A stretch of DNA of 64,000 bases, taken from contig NC_045696.1 of NCBI RefSeq assembly GCF_009834535.1, positions 45,448,001 to 45,512,000 of the forward strand, written 5' to 3'. A model generated the notes under the pieces. That model was not told where the DNA came from, did no database searches, and was given only the letters and a program-made list of their open reading frames with translations. The position numbers and the translations under genes are program-made. This DNA is from Camelus ferus (taxonomy: Eukaryota). Positions 50,990 to 64,000 of this stretch are shown in pieces (position 1 is the stretch's first letter; the number at the start of each line of letters is the position of its first letter).

Positions 50990-51190
50990 CAGTAAGAGCT
51001 ACCACTTACTGTCAGGCACTGTACTAAACACATATATTCACACATTTGCTCCTTTCAATGATCTGTCTCTGTCTTACACACGAGGAAACTGAGGCACACA
51101 GGGTGTACAAAACTTATTCAAATTCATATAACAAGCAAGTGGCAGGCATGGCTAGGAATGAAACAGCGGAGGCCTGCCTGTTTAGCACCC
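50990..51190 (-). mobile_element. MIR SINE
   Basis: caggcactgtactaaacac...gaggaaactgaggcacacaggg core. Confidence 0.7.
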
Positions 51191-53969
51191 ATGCTGGGAA
51201 CGCAGCTCCCTGGCTTAAGCTGAAAGATGAATTGTCACTCTGAAACGACTGATTACTCTTGGCTTAAAATTTTCTTGCTCCTCTGCTGCTTCTTCAAGTG
51301 AGCTTAGCCAGCTCCTAGGTTTGGAAGAATTCCCAACCAGGGTTTCTGTTCAGGTGTCTGGATGTGCAGTTATTCTGACATACTGGGTGGCAGTGGAAAC
51401 TTCTCTTTATATTTCAGCCCAGATAAAGATAAATGAAGGCTAAACAAGAAAAGAGCTGAAGTCAACATTTGGACTTTGATTTGAAACTAAATCACAACAG
51501 TGTTAACCCTTCCAACTTTTCAAATTCTTAAACATTTTAATCTCAAGTTGAGGAAAGAAGAGCTTTTATTTCATGGATCCCTCAAGCAATAGTTTTGTGC
51601 TAAATCTTTAAGTTTGTGGGTCATGATAATAGTTCTAAAAGCAACAGAGACAAAAAGAAAGAAGAGAGACTGAGATTATACTTAATCTAATCTATACCTT
51701 ATTTTTCTTTTCAAAAAAAATTAATGCTTGAAAATAACACTTCACAGTAATACATGAAAATGCACAACTTCTTAAAATTGTATTTACCTACACCTAGTTA
51801 GCTTTTGTGATCATGATACAGATGACTCTAGTCCTTGAATCAGCTATTCTTGAAAAATGTTGTCATGGCCAAACCTCTATCACAGGGCACATTCTGAGCA
51901 TGAAGGGGTAGTGATCAAGTGAACACTGTGGTCAGAGAGAAAGAGAAGAGCGCCAGCTGGAGTGTTAATTGCCAAATTTGTTAAGAGAGTAGGGAACATG
52001 GTAAACCTCCTCCCTGCCAGTGAAACTCCGGCATGACTTCTACAAGTCGAGAATTCCTGCTCTAGTTATACAACAGGATACACATAAAGCAGCATATAAT
52101 CATTGAGTTATTGGCAACAAGGTAAATTAAGGAAGAGACATTTCTTTCAAAATATTCATTGACTATATAAAACATTTCAATCTTCCAGGTTTCAGGGATA
52201 CAGCAGAGAACAGAACAAAAATCTCAGCCCACAAAGAACTTAAATTCTTAATACTCATCAATGAAACCACATAACTCCACATAGCTATTGAAAATAAGAT
52301 GGACATAACTACTCCCAAGTCTCATAAAATACAGTATCCAGAATTTATTTCAGAATGTCTTCTGTAACTATCCTTGTAATGATACAGCTATGGAATCTTC
52401 ATACTGCATAGTATCTTTCTTCAGCAACACATGAGGATTTGTATTGGGATGGAACAAACATTGTGGTGGGATAAGCTTTGTCATCAGAGATAAAGCAAGA
52501 CCTTAAAAACAGAACAAATGTAAGCACAGGCTACTCCTTGCTGCCACTGCCCATGTTGTTTATAAAATTGGACACCCGAGATGCCATTTCATATGCCTCT
52601 TACAGAATTTCCAAATGCACTCAAACTAGTGAAGACCTAACATGAGAGGGAGACACCAAAAGAGCGATGCAAGCATTCAAACTCAAGAAATAAGGGCATT
52701 CTACAAACACACTCCATTTCATTTCAGAATTTGACACCATAAATCAACCACATGACGGTATCCTTTGAACAACGTTAATTCTGGGGAGAGAATTAATTAG
52801 TGTGTAGAAGTGCAAACATTGAGCTAGAAGTAATTAGATGTGAATATATCAGGTGGACTCTGAAAAGAAATGAAAGTATTTTTCTCTGAAGGAGGTTGTC
52901 AATAACAAGCAGAAAAGTAGAAGAGGAAATTCTGGCCACCTAGGGACACATCTCTTTGGAAACTGAGGCATAACAGCATAATGGGATGCCCAGAGTGGCT
53001 ACAGTTATGGGTATGTTGGTAATAAATATTACATAGCATAACAGTTCTAAAACTAATGACTGAAAAAGTGCCAAGATATAGCAGCTATTCAAAGGAGCTA
53101 TGGATAGATTAGATGGGGAAAAAAAGGAAAAGGAAAAGGAAAAAAACAAAAAGTTTTGAGAAGGAGTTGAATGAATTAAAATGGAGACAAGAGTGTATTC
53201 ACTTTTCAACGAAAGCTTTCATGTGCAGTGGGGAGTGGAATGATAGTTGGAAGGATTAGCAGATCTTGATTTTTGAGGATTAGCGAAAACTAAATTGTCT
53301 TTAAAAACAGAGGTGAAGCAAACAGGGAAAAGATGAGGAGCCTCATGTTCACTGAGGGAGAACCTCAATTAAGAACATACTGAATCCATTCAAAAATCAT
53401 TTCAAACATAATTCGAAACTTTGATGCTTGGTCTTTCATTTAGCTTTTGCAAAATATTAACCTTTCCATTTTTATTTTATCTGATTCCCTGGGTAGTCCT
53501 ACCAAAAAGAATCACTTTAAACCCAGATTCATTATAATGTACAATATAAGGATCCCATTTAGGAAAGAAAAAAAAAACCCTACTTTTTATTTAAGTGCCT
53601 TTTAGAAATCCACGATTGTTTCACTTAAGGGAAAATGTTTTTAGAGAAGCTCAGTATTTCTTGAGAATCCAAAGTGAAATGACTTTTTGAAACTAAAGCA
53701 GAGACGAGCTTATCACCACTCAGAAGACCCTTAACTTTAGGCCTTGACAGTTTTCTCAGTCTTTTTTTAAACATTAACTGTAAAGCTTGACTGAAACTAA
53801 TTTTTGCCTAAAGAATTTGTCCCTAGTAAATTAAAAACGTTAATTCATTTACTAAGAAAGTATAGCCCAGCCAATTATAAATAATTGATTCCTCTTTCTA
53901 TTCTCCCATTTTATATATATCCATATACAGTGCAGTAAATATTGGTTGTTGTTGAAGATGTTAGTGGTG

Positions 53970-54410
53970 GTGGTGTACACGGTAGAAATTTTGCATCTTT
54001 TTCTTTTTTGAACAGCAACTCTACTTCCCTGGGAATCACCTGTTGCTCATTCCATCTGACTCTCTATGGGCTGCCAATCACAGCACATCTGTCAGCTTTC
54101 TCATGGGTTTACAATTAACCACCAATCACAATACTTCATCCTTCTGACCACAGAAACTGGCTCAGGGAAATCATAGGACACAAGTTTTGCAAATTAGAGT
54201 CTTTATATGGACACTAAAGGAAAACTTTTATCTTTCCCTTAAATCATTAGCTATAAAAAGTGTGATTCCAGAGCTGCTGGTAATGATGACTCTACCACAT
54301 AGAGAAGGCCCTGAAAATTCTCAGTCAGGAGACTTAATCACAGCTGCTCTCCCTTTGTTTCAATTCTGAATACATTAAGTGCCCATCTTACGTAAAAACT
54401 AGTCTAGAGA
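53970..54410 (+). mobile_element. Old ERVL-type LTR (LTR16/33-like)
   Basis: ggctgccaatcac, ccaatcacaatacttcatccttctgaccacagaaactggctcaggga pattern; family uncertain. Confidence 0.4.
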
Positions 54411-55183
54411 TAGTAATAGACTGAAAAATAAATACGATGTCACCTCTTTGTTAAATTTTCAGCCTAGTTAATAGCCTGTAATGTTTCAGTCATCAGAGTT
54501 TATTCAAAATATCCTAAATGAGAATGTATTTTTTCCAGCTATTTGACAGCCCTGGTGATACAGTGGTGCTCACACAGATACACTTCCTGGACTCATGGAG
54601 TTTACAGTTTGCGAAAAGAAATGCATTAATCAAGTAGAAATATTTAGTTTTAAACTGTGATTAATATTCTGAGGCAAATCAAACATATTTGAATATTTAT
54701 GTAAAAGAGGAATCTATTTGAGATTTGGTGGTGGGGTGTGGTGGTGATGGTAATTTCGTGGACTGGAAGGCTGGAGGTGGGAGCAGACAGGCCTAAACCC
54801 TTAATGCTGCTGCTGGGCCCTAAGGGAATATATGACATCAGGTCACTGGAAGCGTATCCTGCTTTGACTCGGATGCTCACAGTCTCCACCACCATGCTCC
54901 ATCCTTCACCCTGACACACCCTGGTTGCCACAAAAAAGAAGCAAAGTAAGCTGCGGCAGAGGTGCTCTTGGGACACACTCTGGGAGCCAATGGAACGTGG
55001 CCTGAAACAGCAATGAGCTCTATGCCCGCGGACCCGGGGTCGGGGATGGTTAGGAGAGAAGCAGGCAGCTGCCTCAAGCCAACTGACAGTGAAGGATTTC
55101 TAAAAATACTAAAATGTTCAATGGAGAAAAACGAGATTACTTTTCACAAATGTAATTAAAAATTGGAGTGCCTGTTGTATACA

Positions 55184-55738
55184 TGTCACCAGCAAAGCCC
55201 GTTAACATCTCCTGGGAAATAAAAATACAAACAAGGTAATCAGTAAAGTCTAACCTTTTTTCTCTTTTCCTTTGTGCTTCCTCTAGTTTCACGTGCTCAC
55301 ACGGCGCCACACAGAAGCCTTGCACCCAGTGCTTCAGACCGGAGTTCTTCCTGCCAGACGGCTGCGCCACCGCCTCAGCTGGTCGGACCGTACGCAGAAT
55401 TCAAGATGGCGGCGGCGGCGGCGGAGGGTCTCGTGCGGGGAGGAGGCGCTGCGCAAGCCCAGATCTGGAGCTTGAGCAGCTCACCTGTGCCCGCCCTGAC
55501 CTCTGCCTCCTCCCCCGCCCCCTCCCACCCCCATCCGCTGCTGAGACCCATAAAAAGCAGCCCCGCCCTCCGCCGTCAGGGACAGCATGTGCTCCTGAGG
55601 GCGAGCCCACCCCTCTCCATTCTCTGAAAAAGGACTAAAATTTTCCTTTGCTTCTGAACTGAACTTGGTCTCCTAGTGCTGTGAGTAACACTGGGAGGAA
55701 GACCCTTGGTGGGGACGGACTCCGCAAGGTCGGTAACA
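55184..55738 (+). mobile_element. CpG-rich solo-LTR-like element / small CpG island
   Basis: Imperfect inverted termini tgtcacc...ggtaaca; CAAGATGGCG (YY1-type) 55402-55411; GC boxes; TATA-like cataaaaa at 55549; actaaa then U5-like ttggtctcc..gtgct; no clear TSD. Confidence 0.5.
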
Positions 55739-57549
55739 CGATCAGCGTGTGAAGCTTGAACTACCTCAAAGGGAAGCAGGAAGGGCTACGTTTCTTCTTA
55801 AAGTGTGTAAGGCCTAGATAGTAAGTCTGCAAGACACTGGGGAAGCATTTTAAGGGAGCAGAGATGATTCTGCTCAACATATTCTACCATCTATTGCAAG
55901 ATTGCTGGTCTGAGTTTTCTGCCATCGTATTTCTGGGTCTGGCATAGGGCCTGACTTACAGTAAGTACTCAGTGTGTTGAATGAATGAAATATTACAATG
56001 AGAAACAATTCCCATGCTTATATTTAGCAACTTTGCCTAAATTTCTAGGAAGAATGAATGTTTTTTCCTTTTCAGTCATTTCTTTCTTACTGTCCCTTCA
56101 TCAATACCTATCAGAAAAAAATACTGGATTCTCTTGACTTCTTCTTTACCTGAAAAAAAAAAACTTACATCAATATAAAATAAATGTCAGTTATATTTCT
56201 AGGTATTTAGGAAGTTTCACTGTTCGGTTACTAGCATCTTTTAAGCATCTTACTATTGCTATAAAGGAATTGCACTATCCCCATTCCTACCCAAAGAGCC
56301 AACAGAAACAGTGATGACAAGTATCAAGTTCATTTCCAAAAGTGTGTCGTTATTTACTGTTCACTATTTCAGCGCTGTGGAAGACTTTCTGCCTGGAAAG
56401 TTGGAAAGGCTTCATAGAGGAACATAAGTACTCGTGAAGACTTGAAGGATCCAAAGAAGTCAAAAAGACAAAGATGTGGGAAGTATCCTTCCAAGAGAAG
56501 GAGGGAATTTAATAAGATTACATGCAGAGGAAAGCAGAGTTTGGTATTTAAAGATTCCTACAACTCTAAAGAATGCGAGCATTTTAAGATTGTTTGTGAT
56601 GAATTTTATAATCAACTCTTTCAAAGAACTGTATTCCCCAACTGTTTGTATCAATTTCTATCAATAAACTATAATCTGGAGAATACCCAGATGGTAAATA
56701 AAATTTCCTTTTTAGGGCAAATTTCTCTAAATTATAAGCTAGTAAAAGCTTCCTATAATTAAAGAGAGTAGAGAGGGAAAAATAATAACTTCAAGTTGAA
56801 ATTCTAACTATAAGGAAACTTGATTGAGTCAAATTGTAAAAATTCAGTTATTTGTGGTTATGAGGTTTTTTATGACTGTTATACAATCTATCTTTATGCT
56901 TTTTAAAATCATCTATAGCTCCTTTCATCATTCCTTCTTTATCCGTTAAAAGCTTTGAGAAAAATGGAAGGAGAATGTAAACAGAAAAGTTAAATTCAAG
57001 AGAAAAATAAAATGCCATTAAATAATTTAATATAAAAGAAGATAATTTGGAATGTAACAGTATGGGCAATTAGGGTCGTTAGAAAGTAAAGACAAACAGC
57101 TTGAAGAATTAAAGGAAGAATGGATAAATAGATATAGTGGTTTTTATTCATCTGTCAGTCCATCCACTCATGCATCCATCTATTTGACTCCAAACTCTGT
57201 CTATAATATAGATTCATATTTCCAGAGATCCTTTGGACAACTCTATCAAGATTTTACAACTTTCTGCCTTTTAGAAAATTGGAAGTGTCAACATTCATTT
57301 AATTTCTCAAGACAACAAAGTCATTCTTGATTCAACATTTTCCTTTGCCACTCATACAAAATTGTTCATCAAGTCATATTGATTCTACATTTGAAAAGTC
57401 TCATTAACTTTCTTTTTTTATTGTTGTTGTTGGGAGCCACTGTCATAGATCATCTCTTGCATGGATTACTGAAACAGAATTGTTAACAGTTTTCTGATTT
57501 TACTTCACAGAGCCCTTCCAATTAATCTTATTTCTTGATATTCAATATA

Positions 57550-59050
57550 TTTTTCTTTCATTTAAAGAAATGAATCTTTCAAATACACAAGATTATTACA
57601 GAGTATAACAGAGAACTATATTTAAAAATTGTTAGTATTTTCCATGTTTGTTTTAGAAGTTTTTATTTCTAAAAAAATGCTGCTGATGAACCGAACTCTT
57701 TTTCACCCTTCTCTGTTTTCATTTTCTTCCCAGCCTTACTAAACAAACTTAGTCCCCTGAGGTTGGTGTGCATCCTTCCCACCTATGATTTAAAAAAAAA
57801 AAACTGTGTCAGGTATGTATACATAGAAAGCTATGTTCTATATAGTTTTGTGTACTTTTAAATTAAAGCTACATGGTGTAACACCATGCATATTCTCCTG
57901 CATCTTACTTTCTTTACTCAGTGTTCCTTCAAATCACTTCAGCATTTTTTTCATTCAGCATGGGAAGGTGTAGTTCTGTTGATACAGTTTATTTGAAATA
58001 CTTTGTAGTATTTGTTCCATCTTCCCATCTTCCTTATTATATACGTTCTGTATTTCACTCAGCTTGCTACTAACTATTGCCTTTTCCCAACTGGTTAGTG
58101 TTAGTACTGGTAGTAGAAGTCACAGCAGTAACCGTAGTAGCACCCATCAATGATTATTTAAATTCACAAACATTTTCATCAATTTCTCTGCCCATTTCTC
58201 TTCACATTCCACTCTTGGTTTTGTGTCAGTGTCCTTGTTAGTAAAGAACCTTTTGAAAATGATAAACTCTCACACTGAAAGCATTATTCAATCTCTCTTG
58301 AGTCCCTACCAATGAGTGAAGTTCTAAGTTGACAATCATTTTACCTCAGCACAGGATATTATTTCGTTATTCCTTATAAATATTTTTACTTTTACCCTAA
58401 TTTTTTTTTTTGGTTGTCTTTTAATTTTTTCTGATTTACTTTTAAGATTTCTATATTGTTGATGTTCTCATATTTATTAAATTCAAGAAAACCCGGGTCT
58501 TTTTGTGTGTTGGACATTGCCTCTCATGTTTTCTCTTACGGAATTTTATTAGCTGTATGTTGGACATACTGAATCTAACCTCTATGATCAAAACTTTTTT
58601 TTTTTTTATGTGACCCATAAGTTTATCTCTTTGAGCTTTGTTTTCTGTGATTTTTTTTCAAGGTTCCCCTTCTCCTGGTTTATTTTCTCAATGGAACTTA
58701 TTATCTAAGTCTTTAAAATGTACTTATTTTTGTTATTGCTTTGAATTTGAGGGGCTATATATTTCATTTCTTAAGGTTAGATTTGTTCCTACCTTAAACT
58801 TGCCTTCCCCTCACAGTTTAGTACTTTCAATGTGATTTCTATTCTTTTTAAAAAATCTTCTTAATCGTTTACTAGCAGAGTATTCAAATTTCATTCTACA
58901 TTGTAATATTGCTTCCATTTCTTGGTGTTAGTTCCTCTCTTTGCTATACGTACCAACCCCCACTTCAGGTGACAGTTCCTTCATTTGTTCTGCAATTTTT
59001 TAATGTGATTTCATTTTTAGTAGGACTCTTTGGACTCTGGGGAATCTGAA
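57550..59050 (-). mobile_element. Old L1 (L1ME-like) fragments
   Basis: T-rich antisense L1 3'UTR and upstream motifs (catgcatattctcctgcatcttactttctttactcagt, aagttgacaatcattttacctcagcac). Confidence 0.55.
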
Positions 59051-59099
59051 GTTCTCTGTAGACTGGTTTACATCTTTTGTGGTTATAGGAGGTTCAGTG

Positions 59100-59840
59100 G
59101 TGCAGTAGCTAGGATTCTAGTTGGCCCCCACGACCTTTGTCTCCTACCCTATGATTATGTTATATTACTGGCTGTGATGGTCAATTTATATGCCAACTCG
59201 GTAGGCTAAAGTCCCCAGTTATTAAACCAAACAGTAATCTAGGATTTGCTCTGAAGGTATTTGTAGATATGATTAAAATCCATAATTAGCTAATTTTAAG
59301 TAAGGGAGGTTATCCTAGCTAGTCTAGGTGGGCCTGATTTAATCAGTTGAAAGGCCTTATGAGCAGAACTGAGGCTTCTCAGAAGAATTCCGCTTGTGGA
59401 CTACAGTTCCAGCTTGCCCTTCCTGCCAACGTATCCTATGGATTTGCAACTTTCCCAGTCAGTCCCCACACTCACATATGCCAATTCTTTCCAATAAATC
59501 CCTTAATATATATCCCTTCTTCTTTTTCTCTGATTGAACACTCACTGACATACTGGCAAAAGAAATTTTTCAGTGTAATAAAAGATAGAAAAGGAAAAAG
59601 TAACTCGTCTAAACTTACAAGGAAACCAATCTGCCAACAACCTAAATGAGCCCCGAAGAAGACTCTTCCCCAAAACATCCAGATAAGAGCTCAGCTTGGC
59701 TGACACCTTGATTTTGGCCTCAAATGACCCTAAGCAGAGAACCCAGCTGAGTCTGCCCACGTCTTTTGGCCTACAGCACTGTGAACTAATAAGTGGACAT
59801 TGTTTTAAGCCAGTAGGTTTGTGGTAATTTGTCACACAGC
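59100..59840 (+). mobile_element. MaLR LTR (MLT1E-like) interrupted by an MLT2D-like LTR (59173-59552)
   Basis: Inner LTR tgtgatggtcaatttatatgccaact...ctgacata flanked by perfect TSD CTGGC (59168-59172 / 59553-59557); outer LTR ends ttttaagccagtaggtttgtggtaatttgtcacacagcaataaaaaac. Confidence 0.85.
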
Positions 59841-60209
59841 AATAAAAAACCAACAGAAGTACTTTGGACCAGTATTCACATTGATGTCTTAGGTTGATAT
59901 TCCACACCATGGGTAATGTGAACTTCATTTTCAACTTATGAGTGACCCGGGCTTGGGTTTAAATTTCTGTTGTGTGATGATTTCTACCCTCACCCCCTGG
60001 CAGGCAGCATTCTTCCTTGTAGTTTCTTTAGTCGGTGGATGAAATGTGACTAATCCTGTTTTTAAGAAACAGGCAGTTCTTGGCTTTACAAAGGATCCCA
60101 GGTCCAGGTCCACTTACCTCTTTCAGAATTTTTACAATTAACCTTTTTTTAAAAAGGCTAAGTTCCTATGCCAAAACTTCCAGTCTGAACATATAATTAT
60201 AAGAAAAAC

Positions 60210-60570
60210 CAGGATCAGGTGGTAGAATGAGACTAGAGAACAGTTTCACAGTCACTTAACTGAATTCCTTGGAGACAAGCAGTTCAGAACTGATCACTTT
60301 TCCAGTTTGACAAACGTAATACAGGGCATTTACTACGTACTACATAACACCCTTCCTAAGCCTGGGTCAGTGTTCTGTGATCAAAGACATTGGAATGTAT
60401 TAATATTCACACCAAGTCGACAAATAAAGAATATGAATATAAGCTCAGGTAAAATTTGACTGCTATTTGGTTCAAGTTAGGGCAGAGTTTACCACCAAAC
60501 ACATTAAAACAAACTCTACAATTTGGGAGCTCTTAGATTTTGAAATTTTAATAAGGGATTGTGGGTAAAC
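60210..60570. mobile_element. TcMar-Tigger-like fragment
   Basis: ttggttcaagttagggcagagtttaccaccaaac...gagctcttagattttgaaattttaataagggattgtgg resembles a Tigger terminal region. Confidence 0.45.
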
Positions 60571-63500
60571 ATTCAGGGGAAGGTATTTTTAGGAGCAAAA
60601 AATGAGATCCTAAAAATTGGGATAAAAAAAGTAATATACTTCCATAAAGAACAAAGAAAATCTTGACAACAGGGCTTTCCAGTTAATTATAGAATTTTTT
60701 GGAGAGAACTTGACTAGACACACTGCTTTCATCCAGGCTTAGCACTTGGTGTTTTAAAGCTGCCCTTTCAAATTGTGAATTCCACTTGGGCAGGAGTATA
60801 TCCTACCACTATTAGCACTAAATAAATATTGCAATGTCACAAAAGTAGCCAGATCATCAGATTATTTAGCCATGTGCTGTCTCACAGATCCTCTGAATTC
60901 TGTTTCCCTTGGGGAGAAGAGCAAGGTTTGTTCGTATTTGGACACTGTCATTCTAAAGGGAGGCCTCCACCCACAGGTGCTGCCGTAGCTGAGAGGAATC
61001 CAATTTGCAGCTTAAGTAAAAAAGTCATTTACTTCTTTTGTTGCTCTGCAAAGGCAATTAGGCCAGAAGCTGCATATAATTCTGGAATAATGCTGAATTG
61101 TGTGTGTGTGTGTGCATGCACACATGTGTGCCTGTATAGCATTTTAAAGCAGGTGTAAATAATCTTTTCATTTAATTCTTTCAAAGAAGCTGACAGTAAA
61201 AAAATAAGGAAAGAACAGGAGAGCATTGTAAAAGGGCACAGCTGTCATCAGTCTGCTTTTCATTCCAGATACATCGTCATGACTTCAGTGATCCTCCACT
61301 CCCCATATTCTGTGTTCAGAGTGTTTGCAAAGACAAAGGGCTTAAATCTACCACATCTTGATGTTCTACTAACAGTGTTTGTCACAATTCAAATAAACAT
61401 TTACCTCTTGTGCCAAATGGTTTTCTTGACAATCTGTGGCTTTTCTTCTGACTTTGTTTTCTGTTCTCCTGAATCTAACGACACCGAGAGATCGAGTACT
61501 GGTTCCTCTTTCAGCTGAGAGAATAGAAAACATTTCTATTACAACAGCTTTTGAAATCACCTCTCCTCTAATTTCACTTAAATAGCTTCTCCTATCACCT
61601 GTGCTTTCAGTTGAGAAAAGGTTAGTTCTCATCCTCACAGGTGACAAATTCGATGAAAGGACTGGTGACAATAGCAATGGGCTGTAGCCGGAGTTAATTA
61701 TGCTCCGGTGCATGTCTTTCATTAAGGTGCTGTTTCCTTCACCAGAGCCCTCGATAAAGCATTTCTCAAAGGGCCCCTTAGGAGTCTGTGCAGGGTGGAG
61801 CAGCCTATCAGGCAGCTCTGGCGGGACACAGCGCCACGGCCTGTGAGGTGGCATTAATGGGGCTGAGTAATGCAACTTGACAAGGCCTGATGAATGGGAC
61901 TTTCCAGGGGGATGGTCGGACAAATATCGACTCCATGACAAGCATAGTTTTCTAAACAATGTGAGACTTCATTTATCATTTGATTGGTTATGAAAAAGAC
62001 CTAGTCCAAAAGGAGGGCTGGGATTTAATGAAGAAATTGTCTTCAGTGGTTAGAAGCAATATGAGTTGATGGGTTTATTGGTAATTATACTCTTCATCTT
62101 GTGGCATGAGAGAAATCTCTGGCTTGAGAATGTGACTAAGAAATTGCCAAACAGCAAATTGGAGTGAAAAACTTGCTACCTCCTTAACAACTTTGTGGCT
62201 GCCAAATATGTCTAGATATGCCAAAAGTGGGAACTGATACTACCTAATAGCTTTGACTTCTAAAATATGCTCCATCACCACAATCTTGACTATAATATTT
62301 CATATCTTCAGTTTAGAAGATTCTTCTGGATTGTTTTTTTCTGTGATGCCCCATATCCAATGAGTATAAGCTTTGAAAGAAAATTTGGAAAGGGGGACTC
62401 TTGTTTTTTCCTGCACTGGAAACTGGAAACTTAACTATAATGGTTGCATTGGTTTTACTAAATGAGGTATGTCCAGTAACAGAAAGAAGAGGTTATTTAA
62501 ATCAAGACCTCATGGAGACAACAACATTTTGTTGAGGGAGATTAAGGAATATTCATATTGAATGAAGTAAAAAGTCTGTACACAGGAGCTGGATTTCAGT
62601 CTTGAGTTTTCTGTTCTAAACAACTGACAATAACCCTTAACCATGGTTAATGAAATAGTTCTTGTCAGAACAGTGCCTTGTTCCACATCATTTATGTTGG
62701 GATGGCAGTTTCTTATATTTTGAGATCTTTGTTATTAACGTTTTTCTATGACTGTAGTTTATCAAACCATTGGTTATGTGACCCCCGGGTACACTTTGCA
62801 AAATGTTGGCCCTGGGTCTGAGGTTTGCAGCACTGTATTAACCTGTGTGCGCCACCCACGTCTGCTGGTGGCTTTGTTCTCTTTGTGGTATCAACATCAT
62901 CATCCTTATTATTATTATTAAATTTTGGTGGAACAACAGAGGAAGAGATGTTTGTAAAGTCTCTATCTGCTTAAAGAATAAGAAGGAAAGACGCACAATT
63001 ACCAGAAGACATAGCAATGAAGGTTTCTATGTAACACTGCTAAATATATTAACCTTGCCCTCCTTCCCCACAAGCAAAAATAGGATTGGCACTATTGCAG
63101 TTAATTTTTAAATTCCATACACTGTCTTCAAGAAAAGCCCATGCTTGAAATAACATGGTCTGCTGATATACAACTGCCTCTCTAAAACAATTCCCTTATT
63201 CATTTGCAAGTCAACTAATCCTTTGTCTCCATGTTGCTTCTATTTTGAGGCCACAGTGTGTGTCTGGAAGTTTTTGAATACGAAGATGATGATAATCATA
63301 ACATGCTTTTGTGAAGTTCAAATTCTACAAATTCTTTCATTAATGTCACAGAATTCATCTCTTATAATAGCTAAAGGGAGGGAGAGAGTTTGAAATCTAC
63401 AAATACAGAGAAGATGTAAGTTGCAGAAAATAAGCGAGAATTTAGAAAGAAAACACATAGTTCTGAGTTTAAGTATCCTGATTAATCTACATATCTACAT

Positions 63501-63937
63501 TAAGTTCTTTCAAACCTGAATTTAAGCCTCTTGACCTCTAAATAAGTATTTTATTACATGGCTTCCCTAAATTCTCCCTAATGTTAATGAAATCTTTGAA
63601 TCTTGAAATCTGTGAAGTTCGAATGCAGTGTTCACGTTGCCATTTCAGTTTTTCTCTTCACTTTTTTCTGGTAGTGTTGAAGGTTTGGCATCTCTTCTGG
63701 GCAAGTGTCTAATTACTACTTTCCCTTGGCATTTAGCCCAGTTAATCTCATTTTATTTCCTTCTGCAGAGCATCCCAGAAAGAGTAGGGTTATTTTGAGA
63801 TCTTTACAATGAATAAATGAATTTTTTTTTAGGTGACTGCTATCATTTCTAAATCAACGACTTCTTTTTATAAGTCACTGATAAAAGAAACACATTGGGC
63901 CAATTTGAAAGAGGAAAAGCAATGTCAACTTAGCAAG

Positions 63938-63954
63938 TGTGTGTGTGTGTGTGT
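63938..63954. repeat. (TG)n microsatellite
   Basis: Direct reading. Confidence 0.85.
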
Positions 63955-64000
63955 AATGGGGCAGATAAAATAAAGGGAAGATAATCTGTAAGTGGGAGAT

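Noticed and set aside
55406..55627. First exon or processed pseudogene of a housekeeping gene (MAAAAA start)
   Set aside because: No recognisable protein, the ORF stops before any donor, no poly(A)/TSD, and the context looks LTR-like; kept only as a speculative finding
1..64000. The many 60-130 aa ORFs in the six-frame track as protein-coding genes
   Set aside because: Many start at non-ATG codons, lie in repeats or low-complexity DNA and show no recognisable domains; this density is expected by chance in mammalian DNA

Overview
Mammalian non-coding DNA, very likely camelid (camel/alpaca/llama): there is a Vic-1-type tRNA-derived SINE at 42421-42541 and a young artiodactyl-type L1 3' end at 31338-31569. 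The window is AT-rich and dominated by old interspersed repeats (L1, L2, MIR, MaLR/ERVL/ERV1 LTRs, hAT and Tigger DNA transposons). I cannot support any intact cellular protein-coding exon; the ORF track is essentially noise or decayed retroviral frames. The main structured element is a 4.3-kb internally deleted provirus at 26286-30611 (+). It has two ~20%-diverged LTRs, a 5-bp TSD, a tRNA-Arg(ACG)-like PBS, class III (ERV-L/ERV-S-like) RNase H/integrase relics and a gamma-type env TM. Two well-formed minus-strand splice signals suggest the window lies in, or at the 5' end of, a long minus-strand gene. One is a polypyrimidine-CAG|GTAAGT junction at 44889 (first-exon donor or recursive splice site) just downstream of a TATA-like, CpG-retaining segment; the other is a CAG-AAAG-GTAAGA 4-nt microexon-like signal at 180-183. 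Also present: a CpG-rich LTR-like island at ~55.2-55.7 kb with a Kozak-ATG 73-aa ORF between splice signals, and several enhancer-like motif clusters (myogenic E-box/MEF2, GATA, homeodomain). Repeat family names are from memory of consensus sequences, not from a search, and boundaries of old repeats are approximate. I see no evidence for a new multi-gene system; the candidates listed are hypotheses.
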